Source of the DNA: a bacterium
Lineage (GTDB): Bacteria > Bacillota_I > Bacilli_A > RF39 > UBA660
Length of the DNA stretch: 64,000 nt
Reading direction: 5' to 3'
Assembly: GCA_030524925.1 (NCBI GenBank)
Contig: JAUNFS010000002.1
Span: forward strand, 2,202-66,201
The notes below the pieces were generated by a model that did not search any database, was not told where the DNA came from, and saw nothing but the letters and a program-made list of their open reading frames with translations. The position numbers and the translations under genes are program-made. How positions within the stretch are numbered: position 1 is the stretch's first letter; each line of letters opens with the position of its first letter. Of this stretch, positions 9,781-20,594 are shown piece by piece.

Positions 9781-11827
9781 TATTTTATATAGTATATATG
9801 TGTTTTTATTGGAGATGATTGTTAGGTTAAATACTAGTAGTCATTTTTTTGATGTTGCAGTAATTAGAATTATGCTTAGTAGTATAATAATAGGACTAGT
9901 TTGTGGTTTAATAACTAGTTTATTTAATTATAAGGCGAAAAAGATAGTGATAACGGTTATTTCAGCACTGATGATGATTTATGCCTGGGTAGAAATTAAT
10001 TTATTTACATATATGGGATTTTTTATGGGTGTTGGTAATGCTGAACAAGGAACTAAGATTACCGATTATATAAAAGATTTTATTGGTGCTTCTACCTTTA
10101 GGAGTTATTTAGTTATTGTACCATTTATAATTCTTATGTTATTTGTGTGGTGGCTATTTAAAGTATTTAGAATGAAAAAGTTAGAGAAAACTGTTTACTT
10201 TATATTTAAAAGAGAAAATAAATTAACTAGAACTTTAGCGATACTTTATTCATTACTTGCTTTAACTATTTTAGTATGTACTTATTATTCTACGTTAAGG
10301 CTTTCATTTTTGCAAAATAAGCATCAAGCTATTAAGAATACGACATTGTTTCTTACTAGTGATAATTCCAACTTATCAGTAAGTCAGTTTGGGGTATTTG
10401 CTTATGGTTTTAGTGATGTAATAGTTAATTTATTTAATATAGATGTTTCTTTAGATGATATTGATTATACTAGTGTAATTAATAATACTAATAATAGTTC
10501 AAATAATAGTCAGGTAGATAATAAAAGAGTTATAGATGATACTTACTGGCAAGAGGTTATAAATAATTCTTCTGATAAGACATTTAATAAGTTAAATAAT
10601 TATTTTATTAATAGAAAGATTACTCCTAAAAATGAATATACGGGAATATTTGAGGGTAAGAATTTAATAGTTATTTTAATGGAGTCTACTAATGAGATAT
10701 TTATTAATGAAAAAGAATATCCAACACTTTATAAATTATATAATGAGGGATTTAGTTTTAGGAATAATTATAGTCCTAGAAATAATTGTAGTACTGGTAA
10801 TAATGAAATGACTAGTATGACTAGTTTGTTTACAATAAATAATACTTGTACTGCTAATACTTATAAGAATAATGTGTATCCACAAGCGATATTTAATATC
10901 TTTAATAATAAAGGTTATATGACTAGTAGTTATCATGATTATGCAGAGTATTATTATGCTAGAAGAACAATACATCCTAATATGGGTAGTATGGTATATC
11001 GTAATGTTAATGAGCTTAAAATACCTTGGAGTAGTGTCTATGAAGAGTGGCCAAGTGATGTTGATTTAGTTAAGACTGCTTCTCCTTATTTTATTAATCA
11101 AGATAAGTTTATGGTTTATTTAACTAGTGTTACACCTCATCAGCCTTATACAGTTTCTTCTGAAAATGGAGATAAACATTTAAGTGAGTTTGATGATTAT
11201 AATTATAGTACATCAGTTAAAAGATATATGTCTAAATTAAAAGAGTTAGATGCTGCTTTAAAAGAGTTATTAGATACTTTAGAAGCAAATGGTAAGTTAG
11301 ATGATACAGTTATTGCTTTATTTGCTGATCATTATCCTTATGGTCTTACAACTAAACAAATTAATACAGTTCTTCCTTATGATGTTACAGTAAATAATGA
11401 GGTTGATAGAACCCCGATGGTTATTTATAATAGTGCAGTTAAGGGAGAAAAAATAGAAAAGTATACTTCTATATTAGATTTATTACCAACTCTTTTAAAT
11501 ATGTTTAATATGGATTATGATCCTAGACTTTATTTAGGCACTGATATATTTAGTAGCGATGGTGGTAGAACAGTATTTGCTGATGGCTCTTGGCAAGATG
11601 AAATAGGATATTATAGTGCTACATCTGGTGTATTTAAAAACTCGGGAGAAGCTACTTATACATCTGAAGAACTGCTTTCAATAAATACAGAGATTCAAAC
11701 TAGACAAAAGATGAGTGCTACTGCGATTAAAACTGATTATTTTAATAAATTATTTAAAGAAATAAATAAAATTAAAGAAAAATATGATAATATAGATGCA
11801 AGTGAAAGCGAGGGAGTTAATGACTAA
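9743..11827 (+). CDS. LTA synthase family protein (polytopic membrane N-terminus plus extracellular sulfatase/phosphoglycerol-transferase domain)
   Basis: Five N-terminal TM segments followed by a large Asn/Tyr-rich extracytoplasmic domain. Architecture matches LtaS-like proteins. Start is placed at the ATG with AGGTGG RBS. Confidence 0.6.
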   Translation: MKDKLGKQILKNSILYSIYVFLLEMIVRLNTSSHFFDVAVIRIMLSSIIIGLVCGLITSLFNYKAKKIVITVISALMMIYAWVEINLFTYMGFFMGVGNAEQGTKITDYIKDFIGASTFRSYLVIVPFIILMLFVWWLFKVFRMKKLEKTVYFIFKRENKLTRTLAILYSLLALTILVCTYYSTLRLSFLQNKHQAIKNTTLFLTSDNSNLSVSQFGVFAYGFSDVIVNLFNIDVSLDDIDYTSVINNTNNSSNNSQVDNKRVIDDTYWQEVINNSSDKTFNKLNNYFINRKITPKNEYTGIFEGKNLIVILMESTNEIFINEKEYPTLYKLYNEGFSFRNNYSPRNNCSTGNNEMTSMTSLFTINNTCTANTYKNNVYPQAIFNIFNNKGYMTSSYHDYAEYYYARRTIHPNMGSMVYRNVNELKIPWSSVYEEWPSDVDLVKTASPYFINQDKFMVYLTSVTPHQPYTVSSENGDKHLSEFDDYNYSTSVKRYMSKLKELDAALKELLDTLEANGKLDDTVIALFADHYPYGLTTKQINTVLPYDVTVNNEVDRTPMVIYNSAVKGEKIEKYTSILDLLPTLLNMFNMDYDPRLYLGTDIFSSDGGRTVFADGSWQDEIGYYSATSGVFKNSGEATYTSEELLSINTEIQTRQKMSATAIKTDYFNKLFKEINKIKEKYDNIDASESEGVND

Positions 11828-13841
11828 TTTAGTTATTGTGGAGTCGCCAAGTAAGACTAAAACTATCGGAAAGTATTTAGGATCTAAGTATAAAGTTGTA
11901 TCTAGTAAAGGACATATTAGAGATTTAGCTACTACTGGTAAGTTTGGACTTGGTATAGATGTAGATAATGATTTTAAGCCTAATTATACAACTATAAAGG
12001 GAAAAAATAGTGTTATTAAAGAGCTTAAGAAAGATGTTAAAGATAGTGATTTTGTTTATTTAGCAACCGACCCTGACCGTGAGGGAGAAGCTATTAGCTG
12101 GCATATTAAAGATGCTTTAGGAATAGATGACAATAAGTATGATAGAGTTGTTTTTAATGAAATAACTGAGAATGCAGTACTTAAGGCGTTCAAATCACCT
12201 AGAAAAATAGATGATAATTTAGTTAAATCACAAGAAACTAGAAGAATGCTTGATAGAATTATTGGCTTTAGATTATCTAAGTTAATGCAATCTAAAACTG
12301 GTGGTAAGAGCGCTGGTAGAGTACAAAGTGTAGCTCTTAAATTAATTGTTGATAGAGAAAGAGAAATAGAAAAGTTTGTACCTGAAGAGTACTGGAGTAT
12401 TACTGCTGATTTTAAAGATTTTAAGGCGGATTTAGAAAAATATAATGGTAAAAAGATTGAAATTAAAAGTGATGTAGAAGCTAGTAAGATTTTAAGTGAG
12501 TTATCTAAGTCTTTTAATATAGATAGTGTAGATAAGAAAACTAAAGAGAAAAAGGGAGTTATGCCTTTTACTACTAGTACATTACAGCAAGCTTGTGCTA
12601 ATAAATTTAATTTTGGGGCTAGTAAAACAATGAAAATAGCTCAAAGATTATATGAAAGTGTTGATATTGGAACAGAAACAGTAGGTTTAATTACTTATAT
12701 GCGTACTGATAGTACAAGACTATCTAGTGGCTTTATAGATGATGTTCATTCATATATTAAAAAAACTTATGGTGATGAATATATCGGTAAAGTAAAACAG
12801 CAAAAGCATAAAGAAAATGTTCAGGATGCTCATGAAGCTATTAGACCAACATCTATTTATAGAACTCCTGAAGCTATGAAAGAGTTTTTAACTAATGATG
12901 AATTAAAAGTATATAGTATAATTTATTATAGAGCTTTAGCTAGTTTAATGGCTAATGCTAAAGTACTAGCAACAGTAATTACTTTAGAAAATAATGGTTA
13001 TTTATTTAAAGCAACAGGACAAGTTATTACTTTTGATGGTTTTATGAAAGTATATGATAGATATATGGATAGTGAAGAAGTAATACTTCCTGATTTTAGT
13101 AATTATAATTTTAGGGTAATAGTAGCAGAAAATATAACTAAAGAGCAGCATTTTACTAAACCGTTACCAAGATTTACTGAAAGCTCATTAATTAAAGAGT
13201 TAGAGGCTTTAGGTATTGGTAGACCATCAACTTATGCAAAGATTTTAGAGACTATTAAAGAAAGAAATTATGTTAAAGTTAATGATAAGAAGTTTTATCC
13301 TACGGAGATAGGAATTACTACAACTGATAAATTACAAGAGTTCTTTTCTAATATTATAAATGTTAAATATACTGCTAATATGGAAAATGAATTAGATGAG
13401 ATTGCTAATAATCAAATGGATTATTTAAAAGTATTAAAAGAATTTTATAAAGAGTTTGAACCTTTAGTAAAAAAAGCTTTTGATGAAATGGAAAAGAAGG
13501 AAGCAGAAGAAACTGGTGAAGAGTGTCCTGAATGTGGTTCTCCACTTGTTATAAGAAATGGTAAATATGGACCATTTGTAGCTTGTTCTAATTATCCGGA
13601 GTGTAAGTATATTAAACCTAAAGAGGAAAGTGAAATATGTGCTTGTCCTAAGTGCGGTGAGGGAAAAATAGTTGAAAAAAGAAGTAAAAGAGGTAAAATC
13701 TTTTATGGATGCAATAACTATCCAAAGTGTAAAACTGCATACTGGGATAAACCAATTGGGGAAGCATGTCCTAAATGCGGAGAAATGCTTGTAGAAAAAA
13801 ATAAGAAGATTAAATGCTCTAGATGTGATTATGAAAGATAG
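11820..13841 (+). CDS. topA: DNA topoisomerase I
   Basis: N-terminal LVIVESPSKTKTI is the Toprim signature. Also DPDREGEAISWH and the catalytic-Tyr region. C-terminus carries three CxxC…CxxC zinc ribbons. Confidence 0.9.
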   Translation: MTNLVIVESPSKTKTIGKYLGSKYKVVSSKGHIRDLATTGKFGLGIDVDNDFKPNYTTIKGKNSVIKELKKDVKDSDFVYLATDPDREGEAISWHIKDALGIDDNKYDRVVFNEITENAVLKAFKSPRKIDDNLVKSQETRRMLDRIIGFRLSKLMQSKTGGKSAGRVQSVALKLIVDREREIEKFVPEEYWSITADFKDFKADLEKYNGKKIEIKSDVEASKILSELSKSFNIDSVDKKTKEKKGVMPFTTSTLQQACANKFNFGASKTMKIAQRLYESVDIGTETVGLITYMRTDSTRLSSGFIDDVHSYIKKTYGDEYIGKVKQQKHKENVQDAHEAIRPTSIYRTPEAMKEFLTNDELKVYSIIYYRALASLMANAKVLATVITLENNGYLFKATGQVITFDGFMKVYDRYMDSEEVILPDFSNYNFRVIVAENITKEQHFTKPLPRFTESSLIKELEALGIGRPSTYAKILETIKERNYVKVNDKKFYPTEIGITTTDKLQEFFSNIINVKYTANMENELDEIANNQMDYLKVLKEFYKEFEPLVKKAFDEMEKKEAEETGEECPECGSPLVIRNGKYGPFVACSNYPECKYIKPKEESEICACPKCGEGKIVEKRSKRGKIFYGCNNYPKCKTAYWDKPIGEACPKCGEMLVEKNKKIKCSRCDYER

Positions 13842-13863
13842 TATTGTTTGCTATCTTTTTTTA
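13836..13863 (+). terminator. rho-independent terminator after topA
   Basis: AGATAG-N9-CTATCT hairpin followed by T7. Confidence 0.6.
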
Positions 13864-13864
13864 G

Positions 13865-13893
13865 TTGATATAAATATTAAAATGAATTATAAT
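13865..13893 (+). promoter_or_regulatory. sigma-A-type promoter for surface protein gene A
   Basis: TTGATA, 17-nt spacer, TATAAT. RBS AAGGAG is 9 nt upstream of the ATG at 13926. Confidence 0.5.
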
Positions 13894-13925
13894 TGTTATA
13901 GATGATAGATAAGGAGTAACTTATT

Positions 13926-15617
13926 ATGGATGAGAAAACAATTAATATTAATAAAAGAAAAATATATGTAACTTTACTAATAGTAGTTATTTGTTTAATA
14001 GGTGTATCTTATGCATTTTTTACACTATATTTAAGACAAAGTGAAAAAAATACTATTACATCTCTTAGCTGCTTTAGTACAACATTTACTGAAGAAACAA
14101 ATGCTATAACACTAGAAAAAACTTATGCAGTAACAGAGGATGAAGGAATGAGTTATAGTCCATTTACTTTTAAAATAAAAAATAACTGTACTGATACGAT
14201 ATATGCTTATATAACGATTGATAGTTTAAATGAAGGAACATCTACTAATTTAGATAGTTCTCATGTAAGATATAATTTAAGTACTAAAGGAACTACTGAT
14301 GGAACTAGTGCAACACTTAAACCATCAAGTACTAAAAAATTAGAAAATGGTCACAATGGCTATGTAATTAAAACTTTAGCATTAAGTAGTAACGAGGAAT
14401 TAGAATATGATTTAAGATTATGGGTAGATGAAAAGACTACTGCTTCTGAAGGTTTAAGTAAAACTTGGAGTGGACAGGTTGTTGTAGTTAGTGATGCTGA
14501 AGAGCCAAATATAGATTGGAATTATACTGGTCAAGGGACGCTTTTAGCAGCAATTAAAAATGGCAATACTGTGAGTGACCCTTTGACTGTTCCTGGATCT
14601 GCAGCATCAACTTCTACTGAGGCAGTTTTAGCAAGTACACAAGATGATTATGGAACATCATATTACTTTAGAGGAGCAGTGGAAAACAATTATGTAGAGT
14701 ATGCTAATATGTGTTGGAGAATTGTTAGAGTAACCGGCGATGGTTCTATAAAGGTAGTTTTATATAATTACAATGGATTGACTACTACAAACAATACTCC
14801 ATCAAGTAGTACGCCATGTAATGTAACAGGTAATGATTTAGCTTTTGCAAGATATGAGGGTGATACTTATACTTCTAAATTTAATTCAAGTTATACTGGT
14901 AATGCTTATGTAGGATTTATGTATGGTGCTTCTGGTGCTAGTTATGCAAAAGCACATGCTAATACTAATGCAAGTACAATATTAACTAATCTAAATAAAT
15001 GGTATACAAATGTACTTTCTAAGCAAGCAAATTTTAAGGACAGTCAGCTTGCAGATACAATATGGTGTAATGATAAGCGTGTAGTAACTGATGCTACGTT
15101 TAATCCTCGTAATTTGACTTTGGGAACAAATTATGGTTATGCAAGGAATGCAAATTATTATAGCGCCACTAAAAGACTAGTACAAGCATCTTCATTGAGC
15201 GCTGGTGGTACGGGGCCTACTTTAATATGTCCAAATGATAACAATGATGGAAAGTTATCTAAGTTTACTGTAAGTGACACAACTTATGGCAATGGAGCAT
15301 TAAGTAGCTATGCAAAAGTAGGGTTGCTTACTGCAGATGAAATAGCATTTGCTGGTGGAGCTGTTTATACAAAATCAACATATTATATAAAGGGTAATGT
15401 TAATTCAAGTGATTGGTGGGCTTTGTCTCCGAGCGGTTACCTTGGCGTCGGCGCTTTCGTTTGGGTTGTTGTTGGTGCTGGCGGCGGCCTCATTGAACGT
15501 GGATTTGTTGACGACGGCTACGGCGTGCGCCCCTCTCTATCGCTTCAGTCGGGAGTCAAAATATCAAGTAGTGGGATTGGCAGTGCTACTAATCCTTATA
15601 AAGTTGTAATGGAGTAA
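13926..15617 (+). CDS. membrane-anchored Ser/Thr/Asn-rich surface protein, paralog family member A
   Basis: N-terminal signal-anchor helix. Shares motifs with ORF 49437-50927: NxCW[RK][IM]VR.T, AYVG[FY]MYG, and a C-terminal W.LSP…G[VA]RP[SA][LI][ST]L…DPY module. Contains an anomalous GC-rich segment at 15419-15570. Confidence 0.55.
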   Translation: MDEKTININKRKIYVTLLIVVICLIGVSYAFFTLYLRQSEKNTITSLSCFSTTFTEETNAITLEKTYAVTEDEGMSYSPFTFKIKNNCTDTIYAYITIDSLNEGTSTNLDSSHVRYNLSTKGTTDGTSATLKPSSTKKLENGHNGYVIKTLALSSNEELEYDLRLWVDEKTTASEGLSKTWSGQVVVVSDAEEPNIDWNYTGQGTLLAAIKNGNTVSDPLTVPGSAASTSTEAVLASTQDDYGTSYYFRGAVENNYVEYANMCWRIVRVTGDGSIKVVLYNYNGLTTTNNTPSSSTPCNVTGNDLAFARYEGDTYTSKFNSSYTGNAYVGFMYGASGASYAKAHANTNASTILTNLNKWYTNVLSKQANFKDSQLADTIWCNDKRVVTDATFNPRNLTLGTNYGYARNANYYSATKRLVQASSLSAGGTGPTLICPNDNNDGKLSKFTVSDTTYGNGALSSYAKVGLLTADEIAFAGGAVYTKSTYYIKGNVNSSDWWALSPSGYLGVGAFVWVVVGAGGGLIERGFVDDGYGVRPSLSLQSGVKISSSGIGSATNPYKVVME

Positions 15618-15630
15618 AAAAGTTTTTAAG

Positions 15631-15662
15631 GCAAATGGGAGTACTCATTTGCTGTTTATTTA
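15631..15662 (+). terminator. rho-independent terminator
   Basis: GCAAATGGGA-GTACT-CATTTGC hairpin followed by a T-rich run. Confidence 0.6.
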
Positions 15663-15673
15663 ATATTAATTAG

Positions 15674-16804
15674 GTGATGTTTATGTCTAGAAATATATGT
15701 ATTAAAGATGATTCTGTTGTTAATAAGAATATATGTAATTATTTGAGTCCTGATTATGTTTATATTGCTTATGATAAGAAGTATAAACTTGGGGTTAAGA
15801 TTAATGATAGAGTTTTGAAAGAGGATATTATTTTGTCTAATGGGACTGATTTTATTTATAGTACTGTTAGTGGAAGTGTCTCTGGCGCTCGTAAAATGCT
15901 GGTTGATGGTGAGGTGCTTCCAACTATTATTTTAGAAAATGATTTTGAAGAGAAGACTAAGAGTTTGAAGAGCAGTGCTAGAAACATTAATGATATTGAT
16001 TTTGAGGTTCTTAAGAATTTGGTTTATACCTATACAACTTATAGAGGACCACTTATTGGAGAGACTTTAATTATTAGTGGAATAGATGAGGATCCTTTTG
16101 AGCATTCTTATAGTCATATTATTAGTGATTATTTTATGGAGTTATTAGAGTGTATTGATGCTCTTTGTAATATATTAAAAATTCATAAGTGTTTTTTTGC
16201 GATTAAGAATAATGATTCTGATAATGTTAATAAATTAGTCAATTCTATTGGGACGTATCCTAGTGTAGATTTAAAGCTGATGCCGGATGTTTATCCAATA
16301 GGAATGAAAGAGATTTTGGTTAAAGAACTTGTTAGAAGCAGTAAATTAGATAAAGGGATTATATTTTTAAATGTTCTTGATGTTTTAACTATTTATCATG
16401 TTTTAAAGAGAAAGAAGCCAATTACGGAGAAATTAATTACGATTGGTGGTAGTGCACTTGATAAGACTAGAGTTGTAAATACTAAAATTGGTACGTCTAT
16501 AAAAGATATTATAGATAATTGCTTTAAGGTTACTTGTGATGATTATATGATAGTGACTAATGGGCTTATGAAGGGTACTGAGGTAAATAGTTTAGACATG
16601 CTAGTTACGCCTAAGCTTAGAAGTGTATTTTTGATAAAGAAAGAGAGAGTTAGCTCTACTAAGTGTATTAATTGTGGGCTTTGTAATATTTATTGTCCTT
16701 TTGGGTGTGATCCCAAGGGCGATTATAAGATGGATAAGTGTAATAGTTGTGGACTTTGTTCTTATGTTTGTCCTGCTAAGATTAAGTTAGGAGGTAAAAG
16801 ATGA
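15674..16804 (+). CDS. RnfC-like protein with C-terminal 2x[4Fe-4S] ferredoxin domain (tentative)
   Basis: C-terminal CINCGLCNIYCP and CNSCGLCSYVCP dicluster motifs. Upstream VTNGLMKGTEV resembles the RnfC GGPMMG region. The canonical NADH/FMN GGAGFP motif is not seen. ORF starts at a GTG; the first ATG is at 15683. Confidence 0.4.
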   Translation: MMFMSRNICIKDDSVVNKNICNYLSPDYVYIAYDKKYKLGVKINDRVLKEDIILSNGTDFIYSTVSGSVSGARKMLVDGEVLPTIILENDFEEKTKSLKSSARNINDIDFEVLKNLVYTYTTYRGPLIGETLIISGIDEDPFEHSYSHIISDYFMELLECIDALCNILKIHKCFFAIKNNDSDNVNKLVNSIGTYPSVDLKLMPDVYPIGMKEILVKELVRSSKLDKGIIFLNVLDVLTIYHVLKRKKPITEKLITIGGSALDKTRVVNTKIGTSIKDIIDNCFKVTCDDYMIVTNGLMKGTEVNSLDMLVTPKLRSVFLIKKERVSSTKCINCGLCNIYCPFGCDPKGDYKMDKCNSCGLCSYVCPAKIKLGGKR

Positions 16805-17625
16805 GAAATTATGTTTATGATGATTTGAATATTAATAAGATATATAAGTATTTATTTATTTCTTTGATTCCACTTATAATATTTGGGGTATATAGATTTG
16901 GTATTTTTGCTTTAGTTTTTGATATTTTAGGATTTGGTATTGGCGTTTTGGTTAATTATCTTTTTAATAGAAAAGACAATGTGATTACTAGTGACTTTTA
17001 TCCTTTTTATGGACTTCTTTGTGCTAGTTTGGTTAGTGTTAAGACTAATATATTAATTTTTGGGGTTATTCTTTTGGTTTTATTTGTTTTAAATAAGAAG
17101 TTTATTGATGGGAAAGTTAATATTGTTAGTTTGTGTGTGTTATTAATTATTTTAATTTCTAGTTTTATTAGTAAGGATTATCCGCTTTTAATTAGTAGCG
17201 ATAGTGCTTATTTGGATGCTACTGATTATTTTCTTGGTAAGGGTAGTGGGGGAATTAATGCGACATGTACATTACTTGTACTTATTTCATATGTTTATTT
17301 AAGTTTTAAGAGTTTTTATAAAAGGGAAATACCAATTGCTGCTTATTTGACTTTTGGTGGTCTTAATTTAGTTTATTTGATTGCAAGTTCTAATTTTGAT
17401 GGATTTATGAGTAGTTTTCTTGCTAATGGGATATGTTTTATCTTTGTTTATGTAGCTACTTTAAGTAACTTTAGTAGCTATACTAAGAGGGGCAGAATAT
17501 TGTATGGAGTTCTTGTTGGTAGTATTACTTTTGCTTTATATTTTATAAATCCAGCTTTTAGTGCGTTAGGTGCAGTTTTTTTGACTAGTTTAACTCATAA
17601 TTATTTGGATAAATTGTTAAAATAA
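16801..17625 (+). CDS. RnfD/NqrB-like polytopic membrane protein (tentative)
   Basis: Eight predicted TM helices. GKGSGGINATCTLLVLISYVYL resembles the RnfD GxxGE(T/S)SxLxxLxGGxYL region. Translationally coupled to the preceding Fe-S protein. Confidence 0.35.
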   Translation: MRNYVYDDLNINKIYKYLFISLIPLIIFGVYRFGIFALVFDILGFGIGVLVNYLFNRKDNVITSDFYPFYGLLCASLVSVKTNILIFGVILLVLFVLNKKFIDGKVNIVSLCVLLIILISSFISKDYPLLISSDSAYLDATDYFLGKGSGGINATCTLLVLISYVYLSFKSFYKREIPIAAYLTFGGLNLVYLIASSNFDGFMSSFLANGICFIFVYVATLSNFSSYTKRGRILYGVLVGSITFALYFINPAFSALGAVFLTSLTHNYLDKLLK

Positions 17626-17770
17626 TTAGTGATTTTAGGCCTATTTTAGGTCTTTTTTTATGTTTTTTTGCATAAATTTACAAATTTTGTAATTTTTTGC
17701 GAAAAAAATAAAGGAAATTAGGGGGTATGGGGTAATATATTATATATAGAGGGCTTTTTTGGGTGATATT

Positions 17771-19501
17771 ATGGTAAAGATTGCGGAAAATGATATTAAT
17801 CAAATTAGAAATAATGCAAATATTGTAGATGTGATTAGTTCATATATTAATTTAGAACCAAAGGGTAAAAACTTTTTTGGGATATGTCCATTTCATGATG
17901 ATCATAATCCAAGTATGAGTGTATCACCTGATAAGCAGATTTATACTTGTTTTGTGTGCGGGGCTTCAGGTAATGTGTTTACCTTTGTTCAAAATTATGA
18001 GAATGTATCTTTTTTAGAAGCTGTTAAGATTGTTGCTGATAAAGTTGGTTATCGTTTAAATATTAATGTTTCTACTGTGAGAGCTAATCAAAAGTATTAT
18101 GATATGTTAGAGCTTGCTAATAAGTATTTTATTAATAATTTGAATGGTAAGGATGGCGAGGCTGCTAAGAGATATTTAATTAATGAAAGAAAGCTTGATG
18201 AAAAAGTTATTGATGAGTTTAATATTGGGCTTGCTTTAAATGATAATAATTTAACTAAACTATTGGTTTCTAAGGGGTATAGTGATAAAGATATTGTTAA
18301 TCTTTCTTTAGGTAATTATGGAGATAGTTTAACTGATATGTTTAGAGGCAGAATTACTTTTCCAATATGTAATGATAAGGGAGAGGTTGTAGCGTTTTCA
18401 GCAAGAATTTATAATACAGAGTCTGATAATAAGTATTTAAATTCTAGGGAGAATGTTTTATTTAAAAAGGGCCATATTCTATATAATTATGATAAGTGTA
18501 AGGCTGAGGTTAGTAAGAAAAAGCAGGTTATTTTAGTTGAAGGCCAGATGGATGCAATTAGAGTGTATTCTACGGCTTTTAAGAATGTTTGTGCGACGAT
18601 GGGTACTGCTTTAACTAAAGATCATATAACGCTTTTAAAAAGGCTTAATGCTAAGGTTATATTATGTATGGATAATGATAGTGCTGGTGAGAAGAGTACG
18701 ATTAGTAACGGTGAAGCTTTAGTTAGTGCAGGAATTGAGGTTTTGGTTGTTAGACTTGCTGGTGCTAAAGATCCTGACTCATACATTTTAGAGTTTGGTG
18801 CTGATAAGTTTAAAGACGCTATTAATGGAGCCGTTAGTTATTTTGATTTTAAATTAAGTGTTTTAAAGAATAAGAAGAATTTAAATAAAGATACTGATTT
18901 GGCTGATTATATTAATGATGTTATTTTAGAACTTAATAAGAGTGATGATGAAATACTTAAGAGTATTACAATCAATAATATTAGTAAAGAGTATGGAATA
19001 GATAAAGATTTACTAATGAGTAAGTTAGTAAAGAAAGAGATTGTTCCTAAAATAGAGATTAAAAAAGTAAGTGCACGGAAACTTGATAAAAATAGTAAGA
19101 TATGTGAAGCGTTACTTGCAATTATGATGAGTAATAGTAAATATATTAGGCTTTATGAAAGAAGGCTTGGATATATTCCTGATAAGAAATATAGATTAAT
19201 AGCTAATGATATTTTGGCTTATTATAAGCTTTATGGAGAGTTTAATGTAGCTGATTTTATAACGTATGTTAGTTCATTTGATTATAGTGATTTGATATTA
19301 AAAATTATCAATAATATGAATAAAGTTATGACAGATGAGTTTGATATTTATGTTAATTATATTAAGATTTGGATTAACGAAGAAAAGATTAAAGAAATAA
19401 AAGAAGAAATAAAGAAATTAACTGATGTTAATGAAAAAGAAAGAATGAATGATTTAATTATTAAATTAAAACGGAGAGGTGAGGATAATGAAGAAGATTA
19501 A
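17771..19501 (+). CDS. dnaG: DNA primase
   Basis: Zinc-binding [13 protein letters not shown]…CFVCGASGN and a Toprim core ([16 protein letters not shown]). Conserved dnaG-sigA order. Confidence 0.9.
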   Translation: MVKIAENDINQIRNNANIVDVISSYINLEPKGKNFFGICPFHDDHNPSMSVSPDKQIYTCFVCGASGNVFTFVQNYENVSFLEAVKIVADKVGYRLNINVSTVRANQKYYDMLELANKYFINNLNGKDGEAAKRYLINERKLDEKVIDEFNIGLALNDNNLTKLLVSKGYSDKDIVNLSLGNYGDSLTDMFRGRITFPICNDKGEVVAFSARIYNTESDNKYLNSRENVLFKKGHILYNYDKCKAEVSKKKQVILVEGQMDAIRVYSTAFKNVCATMGTALTKDHITLLKRLNAKVILCMDNDSAGEKSTISNGEALVSAGIEVLVVRLAGAKDPDSYILEFGADKFKDAINGAVSYFDFKLSVLKNKKNLNKDTDLADYINDVILELNKSDDEILKSITINNISKEYGIDKDLLMSKLVKKEIVPKIEIKKVSARKLDKNSKICEALLAIMMSNSKYIRLYERRLGYIPDKKYRLIANDILAYYKLYGEFNVADFITYVSSFDYSDLILKIINNMNKVMTDEFDIYVNYIKIWINEEKIKEIKEEIKKLTDVNEKERMNDLIIKLKRRGEDNEED

Positions 19502-20594
19502 GGAAGTTAAAACTTTTGATGAAAGAAAGGAAGAATTACTTGCACTAGGTAAAAAGGAAGGATTTATTACTTTTGAACAGTTAGCTGATGCTTTAAAGGG
19601 ACTTGATATTGATAGTGATGCTTTAGATGAGTTATATAATCTATTTATAGAAAATGGTATTACTGTTGTTTCTAATGAGGATAATGGTTCTGGTGGTGAA
19701 AGTAAGACAGTTAAAGAAGAAGAGGTTGAATTACTTACTGATGAGGATTTAACTAAAGATATTAATATTAATGACCCAGTTAGAATGTATTTAAAGGAAA
19801 TAGGACGTATTAGCTTGCTTAGCCCTGATGAGGAGGCATCTTTATCTATTAGAGTTGCTGAAGGTGATGAGGAAGCCAAGAATATACTTGCAGAGTCTAA
19901 CTTACGTTTGGTTGTTTCAATTGCTAAGAGATATGTTGGTAGAGGTTTATTATTTTTGGATTTAATTCAAGAAGGTAATATTGGCTTAATGAAGGCTGTT
20001 GAAAAGTTTGATTATGATAAGGGTTATAAGTTTAGTACTTATGCTACTTGGTGGATTAGACAAGCTATTACTAGAGCTCTTGCTGATCAGGCTAGAACTA
20101 TAAGAGTACCAGTACACATGGTTGAGACAATTAATAAGATGGCTAGAATTCAAAGACAGCTTACTTTAGAGTTAAATCGTGAGCCTAGTGATGAAGAACT
20201 TGCTAAGAAGATGGGAATTACTCCTGAAAAGGTCCGTGAAGTTATGAAAATTAGTCAAGATCCAGTAAGTTTAGAAACACCAATTGGGGAAGAAGAAGAT
20301 TCTCATTTAGGGGATTTTGTACCTGATGAAAGAAGCTTAAGTCCTGAAGAATATACAACTAATGAAATATTAAAAGAAGAAATTAAAAGCGTACTTTCTA
20401 CTTTACAACCTCGTGAACAACAAGTGTTAGAACTTCGTTTTGGTTTAATTGATGGAACGAGTTATACTTTAGAAGAAGTTGGTAAAAGATTTAATGTTAC
20501 TCGTGAAAGAATTCGTCAAATAGAAGCAAAGGCTTTAAGAAAACTAAGACATCCATCTCGTGCTAAGAAACTTAAAGATTTTATGGTGGATTAA
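19488..20594 (+). CDS. sigA: RNA polymerase sigma factor SigA/RpoD
   Basis: Region 2 ([32 protein letters not shown]) and region 4 ([20 protein letters not shown]). RBS GGTGAGGA before the ATG. Confidence 0.9.
   Translation: MKKIKEVKTFDERKEELLALGKKEGFITFEQLADALKGLDIDSDALDELYNLFIENGITVVSNEDNGSGGESKTVKEEEVELLTDEDLTKDININDPVRMYLKEIGRISLLSPDEEASLSIRVAEGDEEAKNILAESNLRLVVSIAKRYVGRGLLFLDLIQEGNIGLMKAVEKFDYDKGYKFSTYATWWIRQAITRALADQARTIRVPVHMVETINKMARIQRQLTLELNREPSDEELAKKMGITPEKVREVMKISQDPVSLETPIGEEEDSHLGDFVPDERSLSPEEYTTNEILKEEIKSVLSTLQPREQQVLELRFGLIDGTSYTLEEVGKRFNVTRERIRQIEAKALRKLRHPSRAKKLKDFMVD

Noticed and set aside
15397-15609. 70-aa ORF in an alternative frame inside gene A
   Set aside because: It lies entirely within the GC-rich patch, where stop codons are rare. 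It has no RBS and is an artefact of local composition.
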